IMG/VR virus record: IMGVR_UViG_3300034062_005626
DNA length: 64,000 nucleotides
Direction: 5' to 3' (one strand)
Source of the DNA: a virus
Taxonomy: Duplodnaviria; Caudoviricetes
Shown here piece after piece: positions 45,885 to 55,322 of this stretch. Position numbers and translations under genes: made by a program. The first letter of the stretch is position 1; every line of letters starts with the position of its first letter. The notes beneath the pieces were generated by a model. That model had not been told where the DNA came from. It worked only from the letters and a program-made list of their open reading frames with translations, and did no database searches.

Positions 45885-46457
45885 TTAATCTCTGTTAACT
45901 TTTTTATTATATTCACTCTCAAGAACTTCTTTTGCTTTGTCCAAATAATTTAACCAAATTTTTTTAGGGACACTAGTTATTAAATAATTAGGATTTTTAG
46001 GGTCAATTAACTCACGTTCGGGAATTGCAATAAAAGACCATTTTTCAATATTACCATAATCTTCCGTATCCGGTCTAGAAAACAAATAAATGTCGGCCTC
46101 ACCAACAGAGTATGAAACGTGACCAGTAACAGATGAGTTTTTGTTTTTTTCAGATTTTCTACGTGTCTGTTCTAAGTGAAACTTATCGGACCTAATTTTA
46201 CCTTGGATAGTTATTAATCCATCCCAAGTAATTAAATCATAACCACTCCCATTCAAGTCATTATCGTCTCGTTTTTTAATTTTTAAAAAAGTATTTTCAT
46301 TTATCCAATCCATTTGGATGTATTCATTGGATTCTGCTAATATTTTTCCTAAATCTCTTAATTTTTTTAATTCAATTAGTTTAAAAAACGCAATAATAAG
46401 ATAGTATACCAACTTATTTTCTTTTTTTATCAGTTTTAGCGTGTTTTCTGAAATCAT
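45885..46457 (-). CDS. putative PD-(D/E)XK-like endonuclease
   Basis: GYDL...IQGKIR pattern; adjacent to the MTase. Confidence 0.45.
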   Translation of the reverse strand: MISENTLKLIKKENKLVYYLIIAFFKLIELKKLRDLGKILAESNEYIQMDWINENTFLKIKKRDDNDLNGSGYDLITWDGLITIQGKIRSDKFHLEQTRRKSEKNKNSSVTGHVSYSVGEADIYLFSRPDTEDYGNIEKWSFIAIPERELIDPKNPNYLITSVPKKIWLNYLDKAKEVLESEYNKKVNRD

Positions 46458-46499
46458 TTTTTTTTATTTATACTATAAAAATAATAAAAATATTTAGAA

Positions 46500-48872
46500 T
46501 TACAAAACTTTTGACACATTATTTTCTTTTTTAATTTTAACAACACTGTCCGCCCATTGCGACACTAAATTCGTGTGTGTTATAACAAAGATTTTTTCAA
46601 AATAGTCTTTAATCTTAGTGAAGAACTCATAAACCATATCCAAGTTATCATTACTTATTTTTCCAAAGACCTCATCCCACACTATTATATTTGGTTTTGA
46701 AAGTGAACATACTTTTGACAGTACAGCTCTTAATGACATAGCTGCGATGGTTCTTTCATATCCTGAACCAGAAACCATCAGTTTTTCAATTCCAGTTGAG
46801 TTATCAATCATCACAAACTCCACCTCGTTTTTATCGTTAATTCTAATCTCCAATTTAAAGTATGAACTATCCTCCATCAATCTTTGAAGTTCTGAATTGA
46901 TTAGTGGCATCATAGTCTTCATAATCATTTTTGATATTCCATTCTTACCAAACAACTCCAAGTAGATTTTAAAGTTCTTTTCTTTTTCCTCTTCTTTTTT
47001 GATTTGTTCAATCAGTTTAAGGTTATTTTCAATTTTTTCTTGGTTGTTAGTATTACCCACCTCCAGTGTTGTAATTTCAGATTTCTTTGATGTTTTTTGT
47101 GTTTCAAGTTCATCAAGTCTCATATCCGCTTTAATCAACATTGTTTCAATTTGTTGATTGTCTTTAATCTTATCCTGTATCTCAAAATATCTTTTAAGTT
47201 TTGAATTAAAACTTTCAATTTTCAAATCACAACTTTCAACTGATAATTCGTATTTTTCCTTGATGAGTTTGTTTTTTTCATATTCATCAAACTCTTTTTT
47301 AAGTTGCACAAATGATTGTTCTTTGTTGGATAAATCCGTAATAAGTGTTGTTTTTGTGTTTTTTTGCACAATAAGTCCATCTAATTCTGCAATTTTTGAA
47401 TTGGTGATTGCTGCATTCATTAACTCAATCCCACAATGTTCACATTTAATTCCACCTTCGACTGAAGACTTCAATTTGTTAATTGAAGAAATTTCCGTGT
47501 CAATTTGAACAATCTCTTTATAAACACTATTATATTGTTCTTTAACTTCATCATGTTTATCTTCATGATAAAACTCACTTGGTTCGACAACTTTAAGTTC
47601 ATTTATTTTTGATATGAATGTGCTTTTTTCGTAGTTGATTGTGTTGATTTCTTCTTGTGTTTTTTCAGGATTCAACACAGAGATTTCTTGGTCAATATCA
47701 GAATGTTTTTTCTTTAACATTCCATCCCGATACTCTTTTCCTTTTTTAACTTTCTCCTCAATATCTTTCAACTCAATTTTAACTTCTTCAATTTTTTTCA
47801 AATTAGTAGAAATTGTATTTTTCAACTCTTCGTTGTTGTCTTTAAGTTGTTGTGAAGAATATACATTTGACATCTTTGATTTTGAAAAATCTCCATATAC
47901 TTCTTTTGCAATTTCTTCTTTTCTTTTCAAAAACTCCAACCCCATAAATCTTGATAACACCTGACCACGAGCAGTTGGTTTTGCTTCCAACAATTCTTCA
48001 AGATTTGATGCTGTTGTAAGAATGGTCATTAAAAAGTCTTCTTTTGTTCCAATAGAAGTTTTAATAAATGCTTCAGTTTCACGTCTTTGTTCGCCAGTAA
48101 AGTTTTGTAAACTACCATCAGATAATTTTTTAAAGAAGTCCAATTCTGTTTTTACATTCCATTCATTTTTCTTGGACAACTTTCTTTCAATGTTTCTTAC
48201 GATAATGTAATCTTCACCATCGATTGATACTTCACCTTTTACATAAACTTTATCTTTATTTGTAAATCGGTTGAATATTTCTTCAGCCTTTGTTGTTTTG
48301 GTTGTTTCATTAAAAAACAAGAACATCAAAAGGTCTACCGATAAAACCGTCTTACCACCAAAGTTTGGTGGGTCCGATTCAATAACAACAATACCGTTAA
48401 GTTTTTCAAAATCTAATTTTTGATTTTCGCCATAAGATAGAAAGTTTGAGAACTCAATGTTTTTAATATACCACTTTTTAAATTGTGTGGTTTCTTCGTG
48501 TTTTTCTAAAATCTTGTTTTCAACTATTTTATTAATTGAAAGGATTTCATCGGTATGACCTGTAAGACCTTTACCTTCCAAATATTGTCTCATTAAACCC
48601 AACTGGTAGTTCGCATCAGTTATATTAACTGACACATCTATCGTTTGAACCTCGTCAGTATTTGTGATTTTAGCCTTTGTTAAAACATTGACGTTGGTAG
48701 TGTTATACTTTTTGGAAAAGTAATGTTTAACACTTTTAATTTTGTCTTGTGTAAAATTTTCAGGCAAATCTTCCCAAACAACTTGTATGGTCGGGTTTAT
48801 AAACTTTGAAAAATCAAGGTCTTTAATCATAATATTGTAATTAAATTTTTTTGGTGGATTAAATAAATCCAT
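46500..48872 (-). CDS. sbcC: SbcC/Rad50/gp46-like SMC ATPase
   Basis: NFLSYG, PPNFGGKT Walker A, coiled coil, CEHC hook, SGSGYE, WDEVF, ITH. Confidence 0.92.
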   Translation of the reverse strand: MDLFNPPKKFNYNIMIKDLDFSKFINPTIQVVWEDLPENFTQDKIKSVKHYFSKKYNTTNVNVLTKAKITNTDEVQTIDVSVNITDANYQLGLMRQYLEGKGLTGHTDEILSINKIVENKILEKHEETTQFKKWYIKNIEFSNFLSYGENQKLDFEKLNGIVVIESDPPNFGGKTVLSVDLLMFLFFNETTKTTKAEEIFNRFTNKDKVYVKGEVSIDGEDYIIVRNIERKLSKKNEWNVKTELDFFKKLSDGSLQNFTGEQRRETEAFIKTSIGTKEDFLMTILTTASNLEELLEAKPTARGQVLSRFMGLEFLKRKEEIAKEVYGDFSKSKMSNVYSSQQLKDNNEELKNTISTNLKKIEEVKIELKDIEEKVKKGKEYRDGMLKKKHSDIDQEISVLNPEKTQEEINTINYEKSTFISKINELKVVEPSEFYHEDKHDEVKEQYNSVYKEIVQIDTEISSINKLKSSVEGGIKCEHCGIELMNAAITNSKIAELDGLIVQKNTKTTLITDLSNKEQSFVQLKKEFDEYEKNKLIKEKYELSVESCDLKIESFNSKLKRYFEIQDKIKDNQQIETMLIKADMRLDELETQKTSKKSEITTLEVGNTNNQEKIENNLKLIEQIKKEEEKEKNFKIYLELFGKNGISKMIMKTMMPLINSELQRLMEDSSYFKLEIRINDKNEVEFVMIDNSTGIEKLMVSGSGYERTIAAMSLRAVLSKVCSLSKPNIIVWDEVFGKISNDNLDMVYEFFTKIKDYFEKIFVITHTNLVSQWADSVVKIKKENNVSKVL

Positions 48873-48877
48873 ATTGA

Positions 48878-49165
48878 TTAATCGTTTTCACCAACGTTGT
48901 GGAAACCTGATATTTGCACTTTTGTTCCGTCTTCTAATATTGTGTCATAATTGGGTGTTTCCGTAGTATCATTATCTGTTCCTTCAGAAACAACATCTTC
49001 AATATTTTCGGTGTCTCCTGACATTTGTGCGAACTTTTCTTTCAATTCTTCCATTTGTTTTTGAAACGCCTCATTCCATTTCTTTCTAAGAGTATATTCT
49101 TCTTGTTTAACTTTTTTGTTTCTCTTTTGAACTTTTGCTCTATGTGCTTTTGCCGCTTTACCCAT
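48878..49165 (-). CDS. hypothetical protein
   Basis: 95 aa; basic N-terminus, acidic C-terminus. Confidence 0.65.
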   Translation of the reverse strand: MGKAAKAHRAKVQKRNKKVKQEEYTLRKKWNEAFQKQMEELKEKFAQMSGDTENIEDVVSEGTDNDTTETPNYDTILEDGTKVQISGFHNVGEND

Positions 49166-49176
49166 TTTTATTTAAT

Positions 49177-49527
49177 TTAAAATTTATTACTTGGTCTGTT
49201 TTGTTCGTACCATTCAATTACCGAATTGATTGCCCAAACAGCTCCTGATGACAAAACACCATCAAAGAACCATGAACCCCAAATCGGTGTATTAAACATA
49301 TCATTTGTTGGTGAATAAATCAACAAGGATAATACAAAACCTCCCCATGTTGAAAAACACATCGGGCAGGATAATATCCCTGAAATAAACTCACCTAAAA
49401 AATGAAGTGGCATGAATTTATTTTCACCCCAATTTTTAAAAAAGTTTCTTAAACCCTGAAATATGGACCCATAAACCATAATGTTCATTAATCCATAACT
49501 TAAAATAAACCATACTAAAATTTCCAT
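49177..49527 (-). CDS. DUF1360-like membrane protein
   Basis: LSCPMCFSTW within TM protein. Confidence 0.65.
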   Translation of the reverse strand: MEILVWFILSYGLMNIMVYGSIFQGLRNFFKNWGENKFMPLHFLGEFISGILSCPMCFSTWGGFVLSLLIYSPTNDMFNTPIWGSWFFDGVLSSGAVWAINSVIEWYEQNRPSNKF

Positions 49528-49537
49528 ATATTTTTTT

Positions 49538-50308
49538 TTAACCGTTTAAATTGGAGCTTCCGTGAAATTTTGCGTTGATAAACGAATTATTTTTTGGTTG
49601 CTCTAATATTTTTTTTTCTAATTCTTTGTTTTTATTTTTTAAATCCCTTATTTCTGAATTTAAATTTTGGATGGTTTGTTGTAACATCTTCGACTTACCA
49701 TCGTCTACAGAAATGTCTAAATTACGTCTAAGTTCGTCTAAATCATTATCCTTTTTAGACATTTCATTTTGATAAAAATTTTCCATTTCTTTTGTTTTAA
49801 TTGAAAATTCTTGTCTAATGTTGTCAATTTCTGTGGACTTAATCGTAATTTCTCCGTTCAACTGTTGTATTTTTAACAACAGTTCATCCAACTGTTCGGA
49901 ATTTCTTAACAGTTCGATTTCCAACTTGGCGTTTTTTTTACCAAGTTCGTTTATTTGATTGTCATCGGTGGTATATATTATTTTCTCAACCACTCTATCG
50001 ACCGGAACTTCTTTAATTACTTCAACCTCTTTGATGACTTCAATAGGTACTTCTACCAGTTTTTCAACAATCACTTCCTTTATTAAGTCTTTTTCACCGG
50101 TTTCATTAGTATTTAAGTCTTTTTCACCTTCATTAAGTGGTTTTCCCAAAAACCCATATTTTTTAATATCAAATCCTTGTTTAAAACATAGATAAATAAA
50201 ATTATCAACGTCTTTTATTTCTTTAGATTCACAAAATGCAGACACTGCCTGCATTATTTCTTTACTAAATATTTTGGAGTCTTTCTGTTCCATTTTCAAT
50301 ATCTTCAA
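49538..50308 (-). CDS. coiled-coil hypothetical protein
   Basis: VEVPIEVIKEVEV repeats; likely start MEQKDSK. Confidence 0.7.
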   Translation of the reverse strand: MKILKMEQKDSKIFSKEIMQAVSAFCESKEIKDVDNFIYLCFKQGFDIKKYGFLGKPLNEGEKDLNTNETGEKDLIKEVIVEKLVEVPIEVIKEVEVIKEVPVDRVVEKIIYTTDDNQINELGKKNAKLEIELLRNSEQLDELLLKIQQLNGEITIKSTEIDNIRQEFSIKTKEMENFYQNEMSKKDNDLDELRRNLDISVDDGKSKMLQQTIQNLNSEIRDLKNKNKELEKKILEQPKNNSFINAKFHGSSNLNG

Positions 50309-51044
50309 ATGATTTTATGGAAAACTTCAAAAATGGTTTTGGGTTATCTAAATCAACATAATTATAGTCCTTACTTTCAACATCATATATTCCATAACCG
50401 TGTCTTCCAATACTTTCACCAATGTTTTGTTGAATTGGACTTCCAATCATATAACCTTTACCTGTTTTAAATTTAAACTCTTGTCGTTTGTGAATATCAC
50501 CACATAATACGGTTTCAAGTCCATCAAACTTTTCAACATCATATGCCTCTTCACCAAAGTCAAAACCAAGGTCTGTTTTCATTCCTTGAATTGGTCCATG
50601 AAATAATCCAATTCGGGTTCCTTTTGCTTCGGTTAAATCAGGTGGAATATTTCCTTGGTATTGTGAATATACGCACCAACTAATGTTCTCATCTTCGTAG
50701 ACACCTCTATCTTTGTAGTAGGAAATATTATTACTATTAAGTGAACTAATAATAGGTGATAGTGCGTCCAATCTTTCCGTGTTATTTACCAAGAAGTCGT
50801 GGTTTCCAGGTATGATGATTGTCTTAGCTATATTTGAACATTCAGTCAATAACCATCTAACCATCTCAATAAGTTCAGGTGTCATCTGATTTTTAGAATG
50901 AACTAAGTCGCCAGTGAATACAATCCTATCTGGATTTAATTCTTTCCATTGTTCAATGGCAGTTTCCAAAATTGATTTATACAAATCGTGGTCTTTAAAA
51001 AGACGGATGTGTAAGTCAGAAAAGTGTACTAAAGTTTTAATCAT
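50265..51044 (-). CDS. sbcD: SbcD/Mre11/gp47-like metallophosphoesterase nuclease
   Basis: SDLH, GDLVH, GNHD, FHG, GDIH. Confidence 0.9.
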   Translation of the reverse strand: MIKTLVHFSDLHIRLFKDHDLYKSILETAIEQWKELNPDRIVFTGDLVHSKNQMTPELIEMVRWLLTECSNIAKTIIIPGNHDFLVNNTERLDALSPIISSLNSNNISYYKDRGVYEDENISWCVYSQYQGNIPPDLTEAKGTRIGLFHGPIQGMKTDLGFDFGEEAYDVEKFDGLETVLCGDIHKRQEFKFKTGKGYMIGSPIQQNIGESIGRHGYGIYDVESKDYNYVDLDNPKPFLKFSIKSFEDIENGTERLQNI

Positions 51045-51251
51045 TTAATTGTTCGGTTTAACCGTTATTGTATATTTTCTAGTATAACTTGAATCTTCGT
51101 TTTTTACTAATACACCTAACACAGGATTAAATGCGTCGGAGTCAAACATAATCGGTGTAACAACAACATTTAAGTTGGAGTTTTCTAATGCAATTTTTAC
51201 TTGTTGAGTAATTGCCATCTCATTAATTTCTGTTTTCATAATTTTAATCAT
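51045..51251 (-). CDS. hypothetical protein
   Basis: 68 aa. Confidence 0.6.
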   Translation of the reverse strand: MIKIMKTEINEMAITQQVKIALENSNLNVVVTPIMFDSDAFNPVLGVLVKNEDSSYTRKYTITVKPNN

Positions 51252-51486
51252 TTAATTGTTGTTTATCATTACAATATACCTCAAATGGTGGTTTATATGG
51301 GTCGTCTTGAATTGGAAAAGGATTCACCGGTATTGGTATTCTAAATGGTTCAGAAATATCAATTTTGCTACTTTCTTTCACCAAATCCATCTTTTCCACA
51401 ATTGGTGCAATATCAATGTTCTTATCTTCTAATTTTCCATGAAGGTAACCTTGTAACCAAATATAAAATTCTTTATAACTTAACAT
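51244..51486 (-). CDS. hypothetical protein
   Basis: F..WLQGY motif. Confidence 0.65.
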   Translation of the reverse strand: MLSYKEFYIWLQGYLHGKLEDKNIDIAPIVEKMDLVKESSKIDISEPFRIPIPVNPFPIQDDPYKPPFEVYCNDKQQLND

Positions 51487-51626
51487 AATTCTCTACAATA
51501 AAGATTAATTAAAATGGTTCTTGCCAATTTAAATTCTTTTGCTCTATTAAGTTTTAAACCATAAAGATTTGCAATACTTTTTAAATGTGGAAAAGCTTCC
51601 GTAATTGTCATTTTACTTACTTCCAT
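51480..51626 (-). CDS. 48 aa hypothetical protein
   Basis: MEVSKMTITEAFPHLKSIANLYGLKLNRAKEFKLARTILINLYCRELC. Confidence 0.55.
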   Translation of the reverse strand: MEVSKMTITEAFPHLKSIANLYGLKLNRAKEFKLARTILINLYCRELC

Positions 51627-51844
51627 TACTTGTCGAATAGTTGTAAATCTTTATTCACATTACCACAATCACTACACATGTAAGTAGGAAATGGAACAAT
51701 CGTGTCTTCATGACTACCTGTCAAAAGTTTAGGAACTTTTTTTAACATAGTCACTTCTTTAAAATAAATTGATTCACATTTTTCACATTTAATAGTTTCT
51801 TGTTGTCTTAAATCAATTTTTGGTCTAATAATATCGTCGCTCAT
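51626..51844 (-). CDS. small zinc-ribbon protein
   Basis: CEKC...CSDCG. Confidence 0.75.
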   Translation of the reverse strand: MSDDIIRPKIDLRQQETIKCEKCESIYFKEVTMLKKVPKLLTGSHEDTIVPFPTYMCSDCGNVNKDLQLFDK

Positions 51845-51952
51845 TTTATTATATAATTTATGTTTATTTTAATTGTTGAATTGTCCCAACTGGTATTTAT
51901 GTACCAAACAGGTGTAATTGTAGTTTCCATAGTGAAATATAATTTATTAGTT

Positions 51953-52813
51953 TTATTTAGTCAAATATTCAGACATATCCATTTTCAAAATAGTGTCGAC
52001 GACATCTCTTGGTATTCGGTATTCTTTGAACTCAACGTTTTCTGTTAAATGAACAATTACACCACCCATTAGTGGAATATTTTCATATTTAGTCCCTTCT
52101 AACATCTTTAATAATAACTTACCATAAAAAGGTAATTGTGTGTTGTAGTGACCAAGAGCGTTGTTTGGGAGTTTTTCAAAAGGTTTTTTCATGGGTTTTG
52201 TGTAGTCATTTACTTCCATGTTTTTTTCCTTGTTGGTTTTCCAATCCGTAATTACAATACCGAATCCGGTTTTTTGTTTATTTAACATTAACCAAACTTT
52301 ATCGGGCTGACCAGTATATCCTAATTCAGGATGACCTAAAACAATCTCCGTATCAAGTAAGACAGCTCCTCGTTCTTCCATGAGTGACAAAAACTTTTTA
52401 CCAGCCTTTATCATTCTATCGCCTTTCATAGTAAGTTCTAAATCACATTCAAATAATGGTTGTCGAACTTCTTTATCTATTTTGAATTTGTTAATTGTTT
52501 CTAATTCAAGTTCATAGTGAACCCTACTACCCATATTTGTTGAAATGATTCCGGATTGTTTCCACTCTTCTAAATAAGTGTGCATCGCATATGGACTACC
52601 TTTCGCCAATTTTCTTGCAACATCCTCAGCCGGAAATTCATCATAAAATAACTTCATCACTTTTGATACAGATGGGAAATCATCTCTAACAACACCATTC
52701 ACATCTAACATTGTGTACTTGTGTTTATCTTCTTCAAAAGTTAATTGAAACTCTTTTTGTTTTTCAGAAATAATCTCTCGTATTTCTTTTGCTACTTCTT
52801 TTAAATCTATCAT
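51953..52813 (-). CDS. PD-(D/E)XK exonuclease
   Basis: GSRVH..LE...E...GQPD...DWKT...QL..Y. Confidence 0.85.
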   Translation of the reverse strand: MIDLKEVAKEIREIISEKQKEFQLTFEEDKHKYTMLDVNGVVRDDFPSVSKVMKLFYDEFPAEDVARKLAKGSPYAMHTYLEEWKQSGIISTNMGSRVHYELELETINKFKIDKEVRQPLFECDLELTMKGDRMIKAGKKFLSLMEERGAVLLDTEIVLGHPELGYTGQPDKVWLMLNKQKTGFGIVITDWKTNKEKNMEVNDYTKPMKKPFEKLPNNALGHYNTQLPFYGKLLLKMLEGTKYENIPLMGGVIVHLTENVEFKEYRIPRDVVDTILKMDMSEYLTK

Positions 52814-53727
52814 TTAAATTCTACATAATATTTTTCGATGTCACCTTTAAGGTCACACACATCTTTATCTTTTGGCAACTTCACTAACTTAACTCTGTTA
52901 TATAAAGCTCCTCCGTTTAGTTTGTCATATAGGTTTTTAGCGTCGGTATATGCGTCGCCATCCAAGCAAACTATAATATTTTTTTTCGCCTTTGAGTATA
53001 GTTTTTCCCAAAGGTTGTCTGTTAAAAACTTCCCTAATAGACAAATTGAATTGTCCAAAAAGAAACTATCAAAGACTCCTTCAACAAGGTATATATCTTT
53101 TTTCCAATCAATTAAACTCTCATTAAAAATTAAAAAGTCTTTTGATGCTTCAGGGTTTTTGTATTTTAATTTACTTCGTGGGTTCCACGACCTTGATACG
53201 AAAAAGTTTAATTCTCCTTTTTTATCAAAAGATGGAACAATGATTCTACCGGAATATTCACCCTCTAAACATAGACCAATTTGATACTTTTCTATAATCT
53301 CATCAGTGATTCCTCTTTTTTTCAAATAATTAAAAGCCTCTTTTCTTGGAATATGAAGTGGGTGTATCTCGTCAAACTTTTTATATTCTTTTGGTAATTC
53401 AAGTTTTTTGTAAACCTTTTCTTTTTTTTCAAACTCATCGGGTCTAATTAATTTATATATTTTTTTATCTTTTTTTGAACCAAACTTATCTATAAGTTTT
53501 CCTAAGTGTCCGTGAGTACCATGCGTCTCAGCACACCCCCAACACTTGTAAACATGTTGTTGGTAATTAATCTCAAGGTTTCCCTTTCCATCTAACTTGT
53601 CAAGACCTTTAATTGTATATGAACACACAGGGCAATCAACCGATATTTGACCTCTTAGTTCATTTACTGATTTTGGTTCCCCAAAAATATTACCAATAAG
53701 GTCTATGATTAACTCTTCCGATTCCAC
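52810..53727 (-). CDS. DNA primase (zinc finger plus Toprim)
   Basis: CPVC, CWGC, YLKKRGI, VEGVFD, LDGD, KD. Confidence 0.92.
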   Translation of the reverse strand: MESEELIIDLIGNIFGEPKSVNELRGQISVDCPVCSYTIKGLDKLDGKGNLEINYQQHVYKCWGCAETHGTHGHLGKLIDKFGSKKDKKIYKLIRPDEFEKKEKVYKKLELPKEYKKFDEIHPLHIPRKEAFNYLKKRGITDEIIEKYQIGLCLEGEYSGRIIVPSFDKKGELNFFVSRSWNPRSKLKYKNPEASKDFLIFNESLIDWKKDIYLVEGVFDSFFLDNSICLLGKFLTDNLWEKLYSKAKKNIIVCLDGDAYTDAKNLYDKLNGGALYNRVKLVKLPKDKDVCDLKGDIEKYYVEFK

Positions 53728-53764
53728 ATATAAAAGATAAGAATAATATGTGGATTGTCAATTA

Positions 53765-53796
53765 ACAAAAAACCCACCTTTGTGGGTGGGTTTTAA
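53765..53796. terminator. intrinsic terminator
   Basis: AAAAAACCCACCTTTGTGGGTGGGTTTT. Confidence 0.75.
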
Positions 53797-53811
53797 TATT
53801 TAAATATTTTT

Positions 53812-54651
53812 TTATCTAAAAGACAAATTTTGACGACAATATAATTGGTAGTTTTGTTTTTTTCCGTCAGTCTCTACCCTAATTATCCCTTCAAATTCGA
53901 CTAAACCTTCTTCGTTCACTTTTTCTAATGAAGTACCGCCCCTTACTAATTTTTGTTTTGCTCTAAGCACAAAAGTTTCACCAGGGTTTACGGTAAAAGG
54001 AACTTGTTTATCAATTCTCATACCGCTATTCATAGGAAGAATCCTTTTTATAGTAATTGGTGCACTTCCAGAATTTTTAATACCTCTAAATGTAAATTCA
54101 ATATCTTGTCCAAATCTAACTTCAGCATCTGGATTTCTCGCAACCAATGTTCCTGTCAACGGACCTCCAAACCCACCAATTGGACCTTGACCTTGCTCAT
54201 TAATAAATCTACGTCTAATATGTGATTCATTCATTCTTGAATTATCTCCACCAACCATTGGTAACCACACATGTTTCATAAACAATGTGGCTAATGTTGC
54301 GAAAGTAAGAGACGCACCTACATTAAAGATTTTTTCTTTCGGTTCCTTTCTTTTAAAATCCCTTTTAATACTTCTAACTTCTCTTTTAATTTTTCTTCCT
54401 GTTCTTCTAAACCATTGAGCTAATTTTTTTAACCATTTTGGTTTTCTTTTTGATAATTCTATAATGTAGTTTTCAGCATCTTCTTCTGTCATATCTGCAA
54501 ATAAATTATCTACACATCTTTCCATTGCCATATCATCGTTTTCGTCACAATTTTCTATAGCAACTTCAGCTTGCATATTTGTATTTTCATTAACAATTCT
54601 TCTAACAAGTCTTGTTAAATCTGATTCCGTTAGTCTTACTATTCTTTTCAT
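53812..54651 (-). CDS. leader-family protein with C-terminal DUF1573-like Ig domain
   Basis: MKRIVRLTESDL leader; F.F..KNSGSAPITI...VNPGE. Confidence 0.75.
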   Translation of the reverse strand: MKRIVRLTESDLTRLVRRIVNENTNMQAEVAIENCDENDDMAMERCVDNLFADMTEEDAENYIIELSKRKPKWLKKLAQWFRRTGRKIKREVRSIKRDFKRKEPKEKIFNVGASLTFATLATLFMKHVWLPMVGGDNSRMNESHIRRRFINEQGQGPIGGFGGPLTGTLVARNPDAEVRFGQDIEFTFRGIKNSGSAPITIKRILPMNSGMRIDKQVPFTVNPGETFVLRAKQKLVRGGTSLEKVNEEGLVEFEGIIRVETDGKKQNYQLYCRQNLSFR

Positions 54652-54710
54652 AATTATTTTTTTTTACTTATTTTACTATAAATACTTTACAAATACAAAA
54701 AAAAAATAAT

Positions 54711-55316
54711 TTACCAAATTTTTTCTTGTTTCATATAACCAAGAACACAAGTATAAGAATCTGCCATATCAAAACATTCTTTTTTTAATGTGTTGTTTTT
54801 GGTATAGTGCCATGTAATTTGAGGCTCTTTGTCGGATACTTTTCTCCAAATAATTTCTTTTTTATCTGTGTCTTTTGGTAATCCACCAAATAATACAAAT
54901 TTATCTTTGTCGTTTTTTTGAAGTAAATCAGGCCAAGCATACTTTCTTGAGTTATATGTAGATATATAATCGGGAACAATACCTAATATGTCATAAATTG
55001 ATTTTGTAATCATTGAATTATATCTCAATAGGGTTCCTACTGTCCAAACATTATTTGAATTTAATAGTGGTTCTTCTATTACCACTTTTGTAATACCCAA
55101 ATTTTTATATCCCTCAAGTTTTAACTCAAACGCATCTACTTTTAATAATAGTTCTTGAATTTTATTTTCTTCTTTTGGTTTGATTACTGGTGAAAAATGA
55201 GTTAACTCCAATAATTGTTGGGTTTTAATGTCAAAAAGACTCCATCCAATTGTTTTGGTTGATATATCTAAGCCTAAAACTTTTGGTGAGTTTTTTAAAT
55301 CAGGTTTTGTATTCAT
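54711..55316 (-). CDS. RuvC-like Holliday junction resolvase
   Basis: LGLDISTKTIG, IEEP, DMAD. Confidence 0.8.
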   Translation of the reverse strand: MNTKPDLKNSPKVLGLDISTKTIGWSLFDIKTQQLLELTHFSPVIKPKEENKIQELLLKVDAFELKLEGYKNLGITKVVIEEPLLNSNNVWTVGTLLRYNSMITKSIYDILGIVPDYISTYNSRKYAWPDLLQKNDKDKFVLFGGLPKDTDKKEIIWRKVSDKEPQITWHYTKNNTLKKECFDMADSYTCVLGYMKQEKIW

Positions 55317-55322
55317 ATTTTT

